A program made the translations under genes and the position numbers. Positions 9,848 to 19,819 of a stretch of 62,089 nucleotides of DNA are shown here, piece by piece. The DNA comes from a virus (taxonomy: Duplodnaviria; Caudoviricetes). The DNA is taken from IMG/VR virus record IMGVR_UViG_3300035307_000014, positions 1 to 62,089 of that record. One strand, given 5' to 3'. How positions within the stretch are numbered: the first letter of the stretch is position 1; each line of letters starts with the position of its first letter. Under the pieces are notes generated by a model. That model did no database searches, was not told the origin of the DNA, and worked only from the letters and a program-made list of their open reading frames with translations.

Positions 9848-11527
9848 ATGTCAGTATCACTAGATGGCGCATGGGTCGAGAGCGAACATGCTCGTCGCGG
9901 TGCTGGCAAAGGCGGCGGCCAATTCATCAAAGGTTACTCCCGCGCAGGAACAGCAGCCGCGCATTCGAACGATAGACTTAAGCGCAGCATCTCCCAGATG
10001 CTCCCAAAGGGGATATCCGCTGAAGTTGTTCCGAAAGTCGTAATCGAGAGTCATCCGGACGGCGGGACTCGCGTGCTGAAATTGCAGCAGGGCGAAAAAC
10101 TCAGCCGCCAACCGGGATGCACTTACCATGAAAGCGGCGGCGTCTTCATGAAGACGAGTGGAAAACTCGTTGTCTCCATGGAGTTCGGACCAGAAGAGGC
10201 TGAGGGTCTTGCGTGGCACGAGGCTTTCCACGCGTTAGACTTCGACGGGGACAAAGGCTTGTTCACCCCGAAAGAGCGTGAAGAACTGCTTGCCTATTCG
10301 TTCAAAACTGGCGCGATCAAGAAAGCAAAGCTCCAGGAATATCTGTCGCTATACGAAAGACAAGGTAAGCGCAAGGGACTTACCGGCGATGAGCTGAAGT
10401 CTTACGTTCATCGCCACGCGACCAGCGAAGTCATAAGCCACGCTCTAGAGAAACATCATCCTGATAAGAATAGCCCAATCTCGCACATCTTAGACAAGAT
10501 AAGATCAGGCGAAATAGCAAGAAGGTCTTCGCCGCGTCAAGTTGCGGGAGATCGCGCTTTGCCTAAGGAAAACTCCAAAATGACCAAGCTTGAAAACGCG
10601 TTGCGAGAGAAGTTCGCGACGCCAGCGGCCGCGATCCGCGCTCTCGGCCTCGACGAAGCCTTGCTGCGCGAAGATGGAAACACGATGAGCAAGAGAGACA
10701 AAGCCGTGCGGGCCGGGCTGAAAGAGATGCTCGCCCAAGACGCGTCGCTGGCGGAACTCACTGAGTTCCTCCAGACGCTTAACGCCACTGGAGGCGATGG
10801 TGCCGCTGAAGAGGGCGGCGAATTCGAGGATGAGGACGGCGAAGACGAGATCCCCGGCGCCGTCACCGAGCCGAACGCTGGCGTCCCGCCGATTGGTGGT
10901 GAAGGCGAAGGCGAACATTCCGACGAAGTCGCCACTGACGAACCGGCAGCGGCCATCCACGCGATCCTGAAGGACAAGCTCAGCCCCGATGAGTTGGCCC
11001 GAATCGGCGAGCTGCTTGAGAAGATCGCCACGCCCGAAGGCGACGAAGACAACGACTACGAAGGCGACATAGAAGGCGCCGTCGAGCAGCACACCGGAAT
11101 AAAGCCCGATGGTGAAGAGAAAACCGAGGGAGAAGACGAGGATAACACGGACATGAACGAGAAGCAGGATCTTGTGACGCGCCCGGCGATGGATGAAGCC
11201 ATTCGCACGGCTGTGGCCAATGCTGAGAAGCGTGCCGCTGAGAAGGCAAACGCCTTGAGGATCGCTGAGAGGACCGTAGAGCCGTATGTCGGCAAGCTGG
11301 CCCTGGACGCCGCTCTGGATGCCGATGGCGTCTACCGCAAGGCGCTGACCATGCTCGGCGTTGAAGGCGCTGACACCGTCCACCCGTCCGCGCTCACGCT
11401 CCTGCTCAAGGCCCAGCCTCTGCCTGGCAGCGCTCCGCGTCGCGAACCTCGTCTCGCTCAGGATGCTGCGACTGTTAAGGCGACCCTTGACCGTTTCCCG
11501 AATGCTGGCCGCCTGAAGCGCGCCTGA
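9848..11527 (+). CDS. HExxH zincin-like peptidase domain fused to an acidic scaffold protein (possible internal start at 10580)
   Basis: WHEAFH plus downstream Glu; acidic C-terminal half with AMD/AQD motifs ending RFPNAGRLKRA; AAGGA upstream of the in-frame ATG at 10580. Confidence 0.75.
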   Translation: MSVSLDGAWVESEHARRGAGKGGGQFIKGYSRAGTAAAHSNDRLKRSISQMLPKGISAEVVPKVVIESHPDGGTRVLKLQQGEKLSRQPGCTYHESGGVFMKTSGKLVVSMEFGPEEAEGLAWHEAFHALDFDGDKGLFTPKEREELLAYSFKTGAIKKAKLQEYLSLYERQGKRKGLTGDELKSYVHRHATSEVISHALEKHHPDKNSPISHILDKIRSGEIARRSSPRQVAGDRALPKENSKMTKLENALREKFATPAAAIRALGLDEALLREDGNTMSKRDKAVRAGLKEMLAQDASLAELTEFLQTLNATGGDGAAEEGGEFEDEDGEDEIPGAVTEPNAGVPPIGGEGEGEHSDEVATDEPAAAIHAILKDKLSPDELARIGELLEKIATPEGDEDNDYEGDIEGAVEQHTGIKPDGEEKTEGEDEDNTDMNEKQDLVTRPAMDEAIRTAVANAEKRAAEKANALRIAERTVEPYVGKLALDAALDADGVYRKALTMLGVEGADTVHPSALTLLLKAQPLPGSAPRREPRLAQDAATVKATLDRFPNAGRLKRA

Positions 11528-11548
11528 TTGTCCTAAGGATTTCAAGCA

Positions 11549-12508
11549 ATGACCACAGCTATTATCGGACAAACGTCCATCAACATCACGCAGGCGCCTG
11601 CTGTCGCGGGTGACTTCGCGTCCACCAATCCCCGGCATAGCGCGCTAACTCCGGCTGAAGGCGCGTTCCAGGCTGGTTTAAGCGGCTGCACCATCGGCCT
11701 GTTCGCCTGGATCGACAGTCTCGGCAACTACGTGAACAACTTTGGCTCGGGAACGCCGAATGCTTTCGTGGCGCGTACTCAAGAAGCGCTGATCACGACT
11801 TATGCGAGCCCCTATGGCAGCACGATCCCGGCTGGTTTCATGGTCGGGAATGCTTTCGACCGTGGCGACTTCTGGGTTTCGAACTCCGGATCAACCGCCG
11901 CCATTCCCGGAATGAAAGCGTATGCCAATTTTGTGACTGGCGCCGTGTCCTTCAACTGGACAGGAAACGCGACCACTTCAACCACCGCGACCACTGGAGC
12001 CACTGTTGCAGCCGGAACCGCCGCGACATTCACTGGCGTGATTGTGAACGGCGTGCTCACAGCGAGCGCAGTCACGAACACCATCTATCCCGGCGCCGTC
12101 CTCACTGGCGGATCGGCAATCTCGGGAACCTATGTTACTGCGCAGCTCACTGGCACTGCGGGCGGCGCTGGCACCTATTCCGTCTATCCGAGCAATCAGT
12201 CGGCTGTGTCTGCCGCACTCACCGCGACTCCCGCAGTGCTCAATACCGGCACCATGAGTTCTGGAACCGTCGCCATCGGCGACTCCATTGTTAGCACGAG
12301 CGTTTCTGCATCCGGTGTCCTCGTCGGCGCGATAGTGACGGCCTCAGTCACTACAAATCAGTGGGTCTTGGCGCCCGCTCAGGGACAGGCTGCTGTCGGG
12401 ACCGTGGCGAGCAGCACTATCGTTCTGGCGACCAACATCGAAACGAAGTGGTACGCGAAGTCCAATGGCACGCAGTACGAACTCGTGAAGATCAGCGACG
12501 TCGTTTGA
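11549..12508 (+). CDS. head decoration/cement protein
   Basis: QAPAVAGDFASTNPR N-terminus and ETKW..ELVKIS C-terminus typical of the gene before DUF2184 capsids; Thr/Ala-rich insert. Confidence 0.75.
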   Translation: MTTAIIGQTSINITQAPAVAGDFASTNPRHSALTPAEGAFQAGLSGCTIGLFAWIDSLGNYVNNFGSGTPNAFVARTQEALITTYASPYGSTIPAGFMVGNAFDRGDFWVSNSGSTAAIPGMKAYANFVTGAVSFNWTGNATTSTTATTGATVAAGTAATFTGVIVNGVLTASAVTNTIYPGAVLTGGSAISGTYVTAQLTGTAGGAGTYSVYPSNQSAVSAALTATPAVLNTGTMSSGTVAIGDSIVSTSVSASGVLVGAIVTASVTTNQWVLAPAQGQAAVGTVASSTIVLATNIETKWYAKSNGTQYELVKISDVV

Positions 12509-12536
12509 CGCTTAAAGCAACATCAAGGAAGTAATT

Positions 12537-13568
12537 ATGAGAAAAAATCCTGAACTGGTGCGCTTTGAGCGTGACTGGGGCATTGTGTCTACGGCTATGG
12601 ACTACATGCCAGATGACCTGTCCATTGCCATGGACGCGCAGCCTGCGACCATTACGACTGGCAACGCCGGTATTCCGGTGTTTATGCTGAATTGGGTTGA
12701 CCCTGAAGTCATCCGTATTCTTCAAGCTCCGAATGAAGGGGCGAATATCCTCGGAGAGGTGAAGAAGGGCGACTGGACAACCCGGACAGCTTACTTCCCT
12801 ACCATCGAGAATACTGGTCAGGTTGCTGCGTATGGCGACTTTTCCGAGAGCGGAAGATCGAACGCGAACGCTAACTACCCGACCCGTCAGTCATTTAATT
12901 TCCAGACCATCATCGAGTACGGTGATATGGAAGTTGATATGGCGGGGGAAGCGCGGCTGAATTGGGTTTCTGAGAACCAGCAATCGGCGGCGTCTACCCT
13001 CGATAAGTTCATGGACTTGACCTATCACTTTGGCGTCTCCGGCCTCCAGAATGAAGGCTTGCTGAATGCTGCTGGTCTGCCTTCGGCTTTGACGCCCTCG
13101 ACCAAGGCCGCTGGCGGAACCACTTGGATGAGTGCGACGGGCGTGCAGAACGCGACCGCCACCGAAGTCTATGGCGACGTCCAGTCGTTGGTCAACGCCC
13201 TGCTGATCAACTCCAAAGGCCGCATCAAGCCGACTGACGCGATGAGCTTGGTGATGACGCCTGGCTCGGTTGGCGCCCTGAATGCGACCAACGCCTACGG
13301 CAAAACCGCCGCTGAGCTGATCAAGCTCAACTATCCGCAGATGGAAATCAAGGTCTCCGCCCGCTACGCGACTGCGGCCGGAAACGTGGTTCAGCTCTTT
13401 GCCAAGAAGTTCAGTGGCAAAGACACTGGATACTGCGCCTTTACTGAAAAGCAGCGCGATTTTCCAGTAGTCCGTGAGTTGAGCGGATACAAGCAAAAGA
13501 AGATGGCAGGTACTTGGGGTTTCATCCTCCGTTACCCCATCGCCGTTTCTCAGATGATCGGGGTCTAA
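12537..13568 (+). CDS. major capsid protein (DUF2184 type)
   Basis: AMDAQP, GEVKKGDWT and C-terminal GTWGFILRYP; 343 aa; AAGGA RBS. Confidence 0.9.
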   Translation: MRKNPELVRFERDWGIVSTAMDYMPDDLSIAMDAQPATITTGNAGIPVFMLNWVDPEVIRILQAPNEGANILGEVKKGDWTTRTAYFPTIENTGQVAAYGDFSESGRSNANANYPTRQSFNFQTIIEYGDMEVDMAGEARLNWVSENQQSAASTLDKFMDLTYHFGVSGLQNEGLLNAAGLPSALTPSTKAAGGTTWMSATGVQNATATEVYGDVQSLVNALLINSKGRIKPTDAMSLVMTPGSVGALNATNAYGKTAAELIKLNYPQMEIKVSARYATAAGNVVQLFAKKFSGKDTGYCAFTEKQRDFPVVRELSGYKQKKMAGTWGFILRYPIAVSQMIGV

Positions 13569-13569
13569 G

Positions 13570-13995
13570 ATGGCTGGAACCGTAACAGTTGCTAGCAAAC
13601 TCCCGCATGGCCTTGTGCTTGAGCTTGAGGACGAGACCAAAGACCGGGAGCCAGTCATGGGCGGCGGCCATCGTGAAGTCAAGCGGTGGCGCAAGAACGG
13701 GCAGACCGTGACCATCAATGGCACGGCTCGCCCCTTTGGTGCGCCCTATTCTCCGAACGTGCAGGAAGGCGTCGGCCTCACCTTCGGCGTTGATGCTGAT
13801 TTCTTCGCCAAGTGGCTTAAGCAGAAAGAAGATTTCCCTCCCGTTAAGGCAGGGATGATCTATGCCGCCACAACAGTGGAAGACGCCGTGGATCACGCGA
13901 AGGAAATCAGCGGCCTCAAGAGCGGTTTCGAACCGATTGACCCTTATGCTGTCCCTGACGAGTTCAAGGGCGACGTCACTCAAGCCGCTGCCTGA
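13570..13995 (+). CDS. conserved virion protein downstream of the capsid gene
   Basis: TVTVASKLPHGL..GLTFGVDADFFAKW pattern; position. Confidence 0.7.
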   Translation: MAGTVTVASKLPHGLVLELEDETKDREPVMGGGHREVKRWRKNGQTVTINGTARPFGAPYSPNVQEGVGLTFGVDADFFAKWLKQKEDFPPVKAGMIYAATTVEDAVDHAKEISGLKSGFEPIDPYAVPDEFKGDVTQAAA

Positions 13996-14006
13996 GGAGG
14001 CGATCT

Positions 14007-14807
14007 ATGGCAATCTTTGACGATCAGGTTGGCAGTGTCTCCGATGCTGTCCTGGCCACGCGGCTATCTGCGGCTGGCCTCACCGTTGCGAAGGCGTCCA
14101 GCGCCACGCCACAGGCGTTGGGCGTGGCCGCTGCTGGGTCTGGGACTTCGTTTTCGCGCGACGATCATGTGCACTCGTCCACAGTCCCCAAGCTGACGTT
14201 CACCACGGCGACGAACGGCATTCTCGCGGGTTCGGGGGCCTCGACTGGCCGCACAGCGCTCGGGACCACAGCGGGCAATGCGCTGGAGTTCTACCTCAAC
14301 GCCACGCACACGACCGGCGACATGCGGGGGAACTACACCAATCTGACGTTCAGCGGTGTGGGCGGCTCTGGCGAGGCTCTGCGGGCCTTCGGCATTGTGA
14401 ACGGTGTTACGGCGGCGACTGGCGGCACAGTCAACGGCGCCCACATCTCGCTCGATTTCGTCGGGGCCAACGCCAAGATTTCCGGCGCGGGAAATGCGCT
14501 CCGGGCGACGTTCGGCATCTCAGATGCGGCGGCGACCGCAGTCGGCGGGACCTGTTCCACGATCCAGGTGGACACGTTCTTCGACACGGCCATTACCGTC
14601 CCCAATGGCTTCTCGTTTCTACGGTTCACGAACTCTGGCGTGAAGGTTGCGGCGAACCTGTTCAAGCTGCCAAACGCAATCAATGGCGCGGCTCTTCTGT
14701 TCTCTGCGCACACAGACGTAGCAATGACGCACTCGCTGCGGTGTGTATCTGAAGATGGCACGGTGTACTATCTCATGGCTACAACTAATGCAACAGGGCG
14801 TTCATAA
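14007..14807 (+). CDS. putative structural protein
   Basis: GGAGG RBS; Gly/Ala/Thr-rich; SRDDHVH motif seen in fibre proteins. Confidence 0.65.
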   Translation: MAIFDDQVGSVSDAVLATRLSAAGLTVAKASSATPQALGVAAAGSGTSFSRDDHVHSSTVPKLTFTTATNGILAGSGASTGRTALGTTAGNALEFYLNATHTTGDMRGNYTNLTFSGVGGSGEALRAFGIVNGVTAATGGTVNGAHISLDFVGANAKISGAGNALRATFGISDAAATAVGGTCSTIQVDTFFDTAITVPNGFSFLRFTNSGVKVAANLFKLPNAINGAALLFSAHTDVAMTHSLRCVSEDGTVYYLMATTNATGRS

Positions 14808-14998
14808 TGCCAGTGACTCGTGAATACTTGGAGGAGCAAGCTGTAAGCCTGAAAAAGCAGGCTGAACAGTCCCTTATTGCAGTTCACAATGCAAACGGCG
14901 CCCTATCCGCCATCATGCATCTCTTGGAAGTCATGGACCGGGAGGCGGCGGCTCCTGCACCGGCGCTCCCCTCTCCTGACCAAACCATCCAGGATTAA
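14807..14998 (+). CDS. small coiled-coil protein
   Basis: Stop/start overlap with the previous gene. Confidence 0.6.
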   Translation: MPVTREYLEEQAVSLKKQAEQSLIAVHNANGALSAIMHLLEVMDREAAAPAPALPSPDQTIQD

Positions 14999-15013
14999 AG
15001 GACGGGCAAACCC

Positions 15014-16438
15014 ATGGCCGACAACATCGACGTTACCCCAGGCACGGGGGCCACGATTGCAGCGGACAACATCGCCAGCGTGCTTCACCAACGTGTCAAG
15101 TTGTCGCTTGGCGCTGATGGGGTCGCCAACGATGCCGCTGCGGGCGCAGGTGTTGTTGGCGTGGACACTCAACGCGTAACGCTGGCGTCAAATGATCCTG
15201 CCGTGGTTGCTTTGGGAGAGGTTCAGGCTTCGCCCACTCCCAACACAGTACTTGACAGACTTAAGGCGCTGCTTACCGGCATTTCCCTCGCCGCAGGGTC
15301 TAATATTGTTGGCAAAGTCGGCGTCCAAGTCGGGGGCTCCGATGTTGCGGACGCCCACCCGGTCCCCGTGGTCGAAGGCAATTCGGCCGCGCCAATCACG
15401 GGCGCCTCGATGCCTGCTGGCGGCGTGGGCCTCACGGGATGGCTGTCGGCAATCTGGACGCGGCTGGCTGGCGTGACGCTGGCGTCCGGATCGGCGGTGA
15501 TCGGGAAAATCGGGATCGATCAGACTACACCCGGAAGCACTAACTTAGTCGCGACGAACGCGGACGCTGCCATCGGCGCCGGAACGGCTCCAGCAAAATC
15601 GCACATCGCCGGTGGGGTCTATAATTCGCCAGCGCCCACGCTGACGGCGGGGCAAACCGCCGCGCTTCAGCTTGACGCTGACGGCTCACTGTACAGCAAT
15701 GTCAGGGATTGGACGGTCTCCAGCGCTACCGTTCTCGGCAAAGTAAGTGTGGACCAGACGACGCCTGGAACCACAAACCTCATCGCAACGAACGCCGATG
15801 GCACGGTGACACCCGGAACAGCGCCTTCCAAGTCGTTCGTCTCTGGCGGCGTGTACAACGCCTCTGGCCCCACCTACACAGAGGGGCAATGCGGAGCGCA
15901 TCGCCATGATGTTAAAGGCCGACTCATAATAACTCAGGAAAAGCGGGCAACGTATTCGGCCTGTATTTCCAGCTTAACTGTGGCGTCTAATCCAACTGAT
16001 TTTTTCGAGATATATGGCGCTGTTGGAAAAACTATCATCGTCAAAAGAATAAGAGTAAGTGGAACTTCATCTGGCACTCAACAAGTCCTCCTCATCATCC
16101 TCAAGAGAAGCACGGCCAATAGCGGCGGAACACCTGTGGCGGTGACGGCGGTGCCCCACGACTCGACGAACGCTGCGGCCTCCGCTGTAGTGCGGGCATA
16201 CACGGCAAACCCAACAACAGGAACACTAGTTGGATCAGTGCGCGCCCCTCTATACACGATGGTTGCAGCAAGTAGCAATTATGTGTGCGACTTGATGCAG
16301 TTGGAGTTCGGCACGGAAGAAGACCAAGGGATAATTCTGAGAGGAACAGGGGAAGGATTATGCCTAAACCTCGGAGGCGTATCCGTATCAGGATCGGTGT
16401 TTAACATCTCGGTAGAGTGGCGTGAAGTCGTTGAGTAA
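15014..16438 (+). CDS. fibre-like structural protein with an internal duplication
   Basis: Two copies of GK.s.DQTTPG.TNL.ATNAD...GTAP.KS...GGVYN. Confidence 0.65.
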   Translation: MADNIDVTPGTGATIAADNIASVLHQRVKLSLGADGVANDAAAGAGVVGVDTQRVTLASNDPAVVALGEVQASPTPNTVLDRLKALLTGISLAAGSNIVGKVGVQVGGSDVADAHPVPVVEGNSAAPITGASMPAGGVGLTGWLSAIWTRLAGVTLASGSAVIGKIGIDQTTPGSTNLVATNADAAIGAGTAPAKSHIAGGVYNSPAPTLTAGQTAALQLDADGSLYSNVRDWTVSSATVLGKVSVDQTTPGTTNLIATNADGTVTPGTAPSKSFVSGGVYNASGPTYTEGQCGAHRHDVKGRLIITQEKRATYSACISSLTVASNPTDFFEIYGAVGKTIIVKRIRVSGTSSGTQQVLLIILKRSTANSGGTPVAVTAVPHDSTNAAASAVVRAYTANPTTGTLVGSVRAPLYTMVAASSNYVCDLMQLEFGTEEDQGIILRGTGEGLCLNLGGVSVSGSVFNISVEWREVVE

Positions 16439-16617
16439 TAAGATCAACTAAAATGATAATACTATTCTTTCCCACTCCCCGCCCTCCAATCATAGCAGCA
16501 TCAATGTTTTCTACTGGGATATCTTATTCCGGCCTATCGCAGCATGGAATTTCTAACGCTCCACTACCAAAACCCGTCGTCGTAACAACCACACTCATCA
16601 CTCGGAGGCGTCGCGCC

Positions 16618-16929
16618 ATGGAGTATCCGTTTGCGCCTGGCGTGACCTACACGCTTCAGCCGGGGTCGGCTGTACCGGCTTTCCAGAAACTCTGGGAACT
16701 GCCCACAGGCGCGCCCACAAAGCGCCAGGTGCGCATCGCCTCCGCCGCCGCCAATCCTCTGATTTACATTGTGTTCGGCGCATCCGGGGTCACGGCCACG
16801 TCAAGCGATATGCCTATTGTCGGCGGGTCATCCGAAGTATTCACGATCCCCGAGACCTCGAATTACATCTCATCGCTGTCGTATAGCGGCGCGCCTACGT
16901 TCTATGTGACTGCCGGATTTGGAGACTGA
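16618..16929 (+). CDS. small beta-rich protein (frame open from 16453)
   Basis: GGAGG RBS before the ATG at 16618. Confidence 0.55.
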   Translation: MEYPFAPGVTYTLQPGSAVPAFQKLWELPTGAPTKRQVRIASAAANPLIYIVFGASGVTATSSDMPIVGGSSEVFTIPETSNYISSLSYSGAPTFYVTAGFGD

Positions 16930-16932
16930 CCG

Positions 16933-17715
16933 ATGGCTGGCCCAATTTTCGCTGACCGCGTCAAAGATGTATCTGCCACAACCGGCACAGGGACATTTGC
17001 GCTTGCGGGGAATCCTCCGACTGGGAGCCGGTCATTCTCCGTCGTGGGCAATGGCAACACCTGTTACTACTGCGCATACACGTCGGATCAAGCGCAGGTT
17101 GAGGTTGGCCTCGGCACGTACTCATCCACCGGCCCGACGCTGGCTCGTAACACCGTGGCGTATTCGACCAACGGCAACGCCAAAGTCTCATTTACCGCGC
17201 CGATCACAATCGAGCTTGTCGCGGCGGCCGCCTTCTTCACTGCGGCCCAAGCGGCTAATGCTGTGATGGTTGGCGACACCGGCTCTGGCGGTACAGCGGG
17301 CATTGCTCCCGCTCCAGCGGCGGGAGATGCTGCGGCCAACAAATTCCTTAACGCAGATGGGACATGGAAAGTAATGGAAACGCCAGGAACGCCTGTGCAC
17401 TATCTTAGTGCAGCATCCACGAACCAGACCAACGTCAAGGCGGCACCTGGCGTTCTGATGAACATTACCGCGATAAACACCACGGCGACGGTGTATTATC
17501 TGAAACTACACAACACAGCATCAACTCCTACTGCTGGCACGACCCCAGTCGTGCAGTGTTATGCCATACCTGCAAGTACTTCAGGCAACGGTTTCACGAT
17601 CAGCGTCCCAATGACGTTTGCAACAGGCATTGCGTTCACATTAGTTGGTGGTATTGCCGACAACGATGCATCCAGCGCCGCTACGGGCGTAACTATAGAT
17701 TTTGTGTACAGGTGA
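16933..17715 (+). CDS. fibre/adaptor structural protein
   Basis: ADRVKD...TTGTG N-terminal domain; KFLNADGTW fibre repeat. Confidence 0.65.
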   Translation: MAGPIFADRVKDVSATTGTGTFALAGNPPTGSRSFSVVGNGNTCYYCAYTSDQAQVEVGLGTYSSTGPTLARNTVAYSTNGNAKVSFTAPITIELVAAAAFFTAAQAANAVMVGDTGSGGTAGIAPAPAAGDAAANKFLNADGTWKVMETPGTPVHYLSAASTNQTNVKAAPGVLMNITAINTTATVYYLKLHNTASTPTAGTTPVVQCYAIPASTSGNGFTISVPMTFATGIAFTLVGGIADNDASSAATGVTIDFVYR

Positions 17716-17718
17716 TAT

Positions 17719-19701
17719 ATGTCGTTACTACTGACATGTTCTGGCAATAGCAAGATCCGCACCCCTAAAGATTTGTTTGAGCCAGGGGTGGCTGGGGCAT
17801 TTTACTCGCCGTCTGATAAGACCACGCTCTTTCAAGATACTGGGCGCACAGTCCCGGTCACTTCGATTGGGCAGCCTGTGCGCAGCATTAGCGATGTGTC
17901 CGGTAACGGAATGCACATGTCAATTGTTAATACAGTAATTCCTGGAACATACGTGGAAGTTAACGGCCATGGGGCGGTGGATTGCACTGCTAGTGGGTGT
18001 GGATTTAATAGCGTATCGAGCACAAGACTGCATCTACCTATGTATGTTGCTGCGGCATACAAAAAAACTGTGCCAGAAGACTCTGTGTTATTCGGAATCG
18101 TGGCGAGTCCGAATAACATGTTTGCGCTACGGGGAAGTTCTAGTTTAAACGTCGCCAAATGCCATCTGCGGGATATTCCGGCGTATGGATTGGCATATGC
18201 GCAAACCCCCATGGGCAGTAGCCCCATAAACGGGTTGACAGTTGAGGACGCTGCCGCAGTTTTAGGCACGTTTGACGTTTCGCCAGATGGCCACGCGCCA
18301 ACGTCGAACACTCATGCGTGGACAGCAGATTATGTTAGTCCGTGGCCCGCATCTTACGGCATAAACATCAGCCAACCTGGGACAGTAGCATATTCTAAAG
18401 TAGTATTTTTTGGTGGCTTGATCCTAGAGCATTCGATTAGCAATGCAGACAGGGTTATGGTTTCTGCATATTTGCGCTCACTCATTAATCGTTCATCAGA
18501 ATCAACAGATGTAAACATCATCGTAATTGGGGACAGTACTGGCGACAAAGTGTCGGACGGCACAAATACGGACGGCGAATGGCCGTGGCGTTTCGCCGTC
18601 GAAAAATTGGCGGCGGATCATCCTAATTCTTACGTCGGCATCCGTGGATATAATGAGGACTACCTATCATACACTCCAGAAATAGTCGTTCAGCAGGGAG
18701 ACGGTAGCACTCCAAGTTATAGAGTATATAACTGTAGTGTTGCGGGAAGAATGCCGCAGTTTGTCACGGGAAAACAGTTCTCAGCATCTGTTTCAAACGT
18801 CCCTTCCCCAAGCGTGATTATCTGGAACCATGGCCATAACATAGCTGACGCTGGTCCTCTAGGATCGTACAGTGGTCGCTTCCTTGGCGCCATGGAGCAA
18901 GTCCGGCTGCGATGGCCGGGCGTACCGCATATGACCATTCTCGAAAATCCGTGGAGAGATGGAACACAGATGGAGCCGTTGATCGCGGCCTTGCGAGGGG
19001 TTGTCGCGCTATACGGTGACATTCCGGCCGCAGATGTGCACCAAGTGTACTTGGATTACAGCCCCCCTAAGTCACCAGCATTGTATGCTGATAACGTACA
19101 TCCATCAATTCCTGTTGGAGTTAGCGTATGGCTCCCATCTATTTTCGCAATGTGGGACGCTAATTATCCTGCGGTGGGTCCGGTTGCCCCTGCATTTCTG
19201 GCCACAAGTGGGTCTAACCTGCTTGCCAATGGAGACTTTTCTTCATTCTCCGGCGCGGCGCCCGATGCGTGGTCGTTAAACGGTAATGGCTCTATTGTCA
19301 TCGACGCAAGCATGCACGATAGGGCGTTGCGATCTGTAAAATTGACGAACGGCGTCAGTTCTACGTATATTGCGCAAACTGTATCAGCAGTGGCACAGCG
19401 AGGAACCACAGTAACATTGTCTGTTAGGCAATTTATAGCGGATGGTGGCGATTTGTATGCCGGACAAATCTCGATATCGAGTGATGGTGCGGGCGGATCT
19501 ACTGTTGTTAATTTCGGAGGCGATGACGCAAGAGGCTCAGGAGGTTGGCGGTGGACGATTTTGCAATATGCTGTTCCCGTAGACGCTACGACGATTTCTG
19601 TAGACTTGTATGCCAGCGCTACGGGGGGGGTTGATAAAGGCACCGTGTATATGGACAGGGTTATCTTGGTTTCCGGCAGCGCCCCACGAGATATGGCGTA
19701 A
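17719..19701 (+). CDS. virion-associated SGNH/GDSL esterase with a C-terminal carbohydrate-binding-like domain
   Basis: IGDS, G, GHN and DNVHP SGNH blocks; NLLANGDFS start of a CBM-like domain. Confidence 0.75.
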   Translation: MSLLLTCSGNSKIRTPKDLFEPGVAGAFYSPSDKTTLFQDTGRTVPVTSIGQPVRSISDVSGNGMHMSIVNTVIPGTYVEVNGHGAVDCTASGCGFNSVSSTRLHLPMYVAAAYKKTVPEDSVLFGIVASPNNMFALRGSSSLNVAKCHLRDIPAYGLAYAQTPMGSSPINGLTVEDAAAVLGTFDVSPDGHAPTSNTHAWTADYVSPWPASYGINISQPGTVAYSKVVFFGGLILEHSISNADRVMVSAYLRSLINRSSESTDVNIIVIGDSTGDKVSDGTNTDGEWPWRFAVEKLAADHPNSYVGIRGYNEDYLSYTPEIVVQQGDGSTPSYRVYNCSVAGRMPQFVTGKQFSASVSNVPSPSVIIWNHGHNIADAGPLGSYSGRFLGAMEQVRLRWPGVPHMTILENPWRDGTQMEPLIAALRGVVALYGDIPAADVHQVYLDYSPPKSPALYADNVHPSIPVGVSVWLPSIFAMWDANYPAVGPVAPAFLATSGSNLLANGDFSSFSGAAPDAWSLNGNGSIVIDASMHDRALRSVKLTNGVSSTYIAQTVSAVAQRGTTVTLSVRQFIADGGDLYAGQISISSDGAGGSTVVNFGGDDARGSGGWRWTILQYAVPVDATTISVDLYASATGGVDKGTVYMDRVILVSGSAPRDMA

Positions 19702-19819
19702 CACATCACGGCAATGTTTGTTATGTGGCTTAACCGGCCAATTTAACTGGTCATAATGCATCTTTCGCGTCCGTAAAACCGTGCTTGTGCGAACTCGACG
19801 TGTATGATAAGTTCTTTTC

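Noticed and set aside
10505-11638. 377-aa antisense ORF opposite the scaffold
   Set aside because: No motifs; consistent with a shadow ORF of GC3-rich coding DNA, unlike 814-1722
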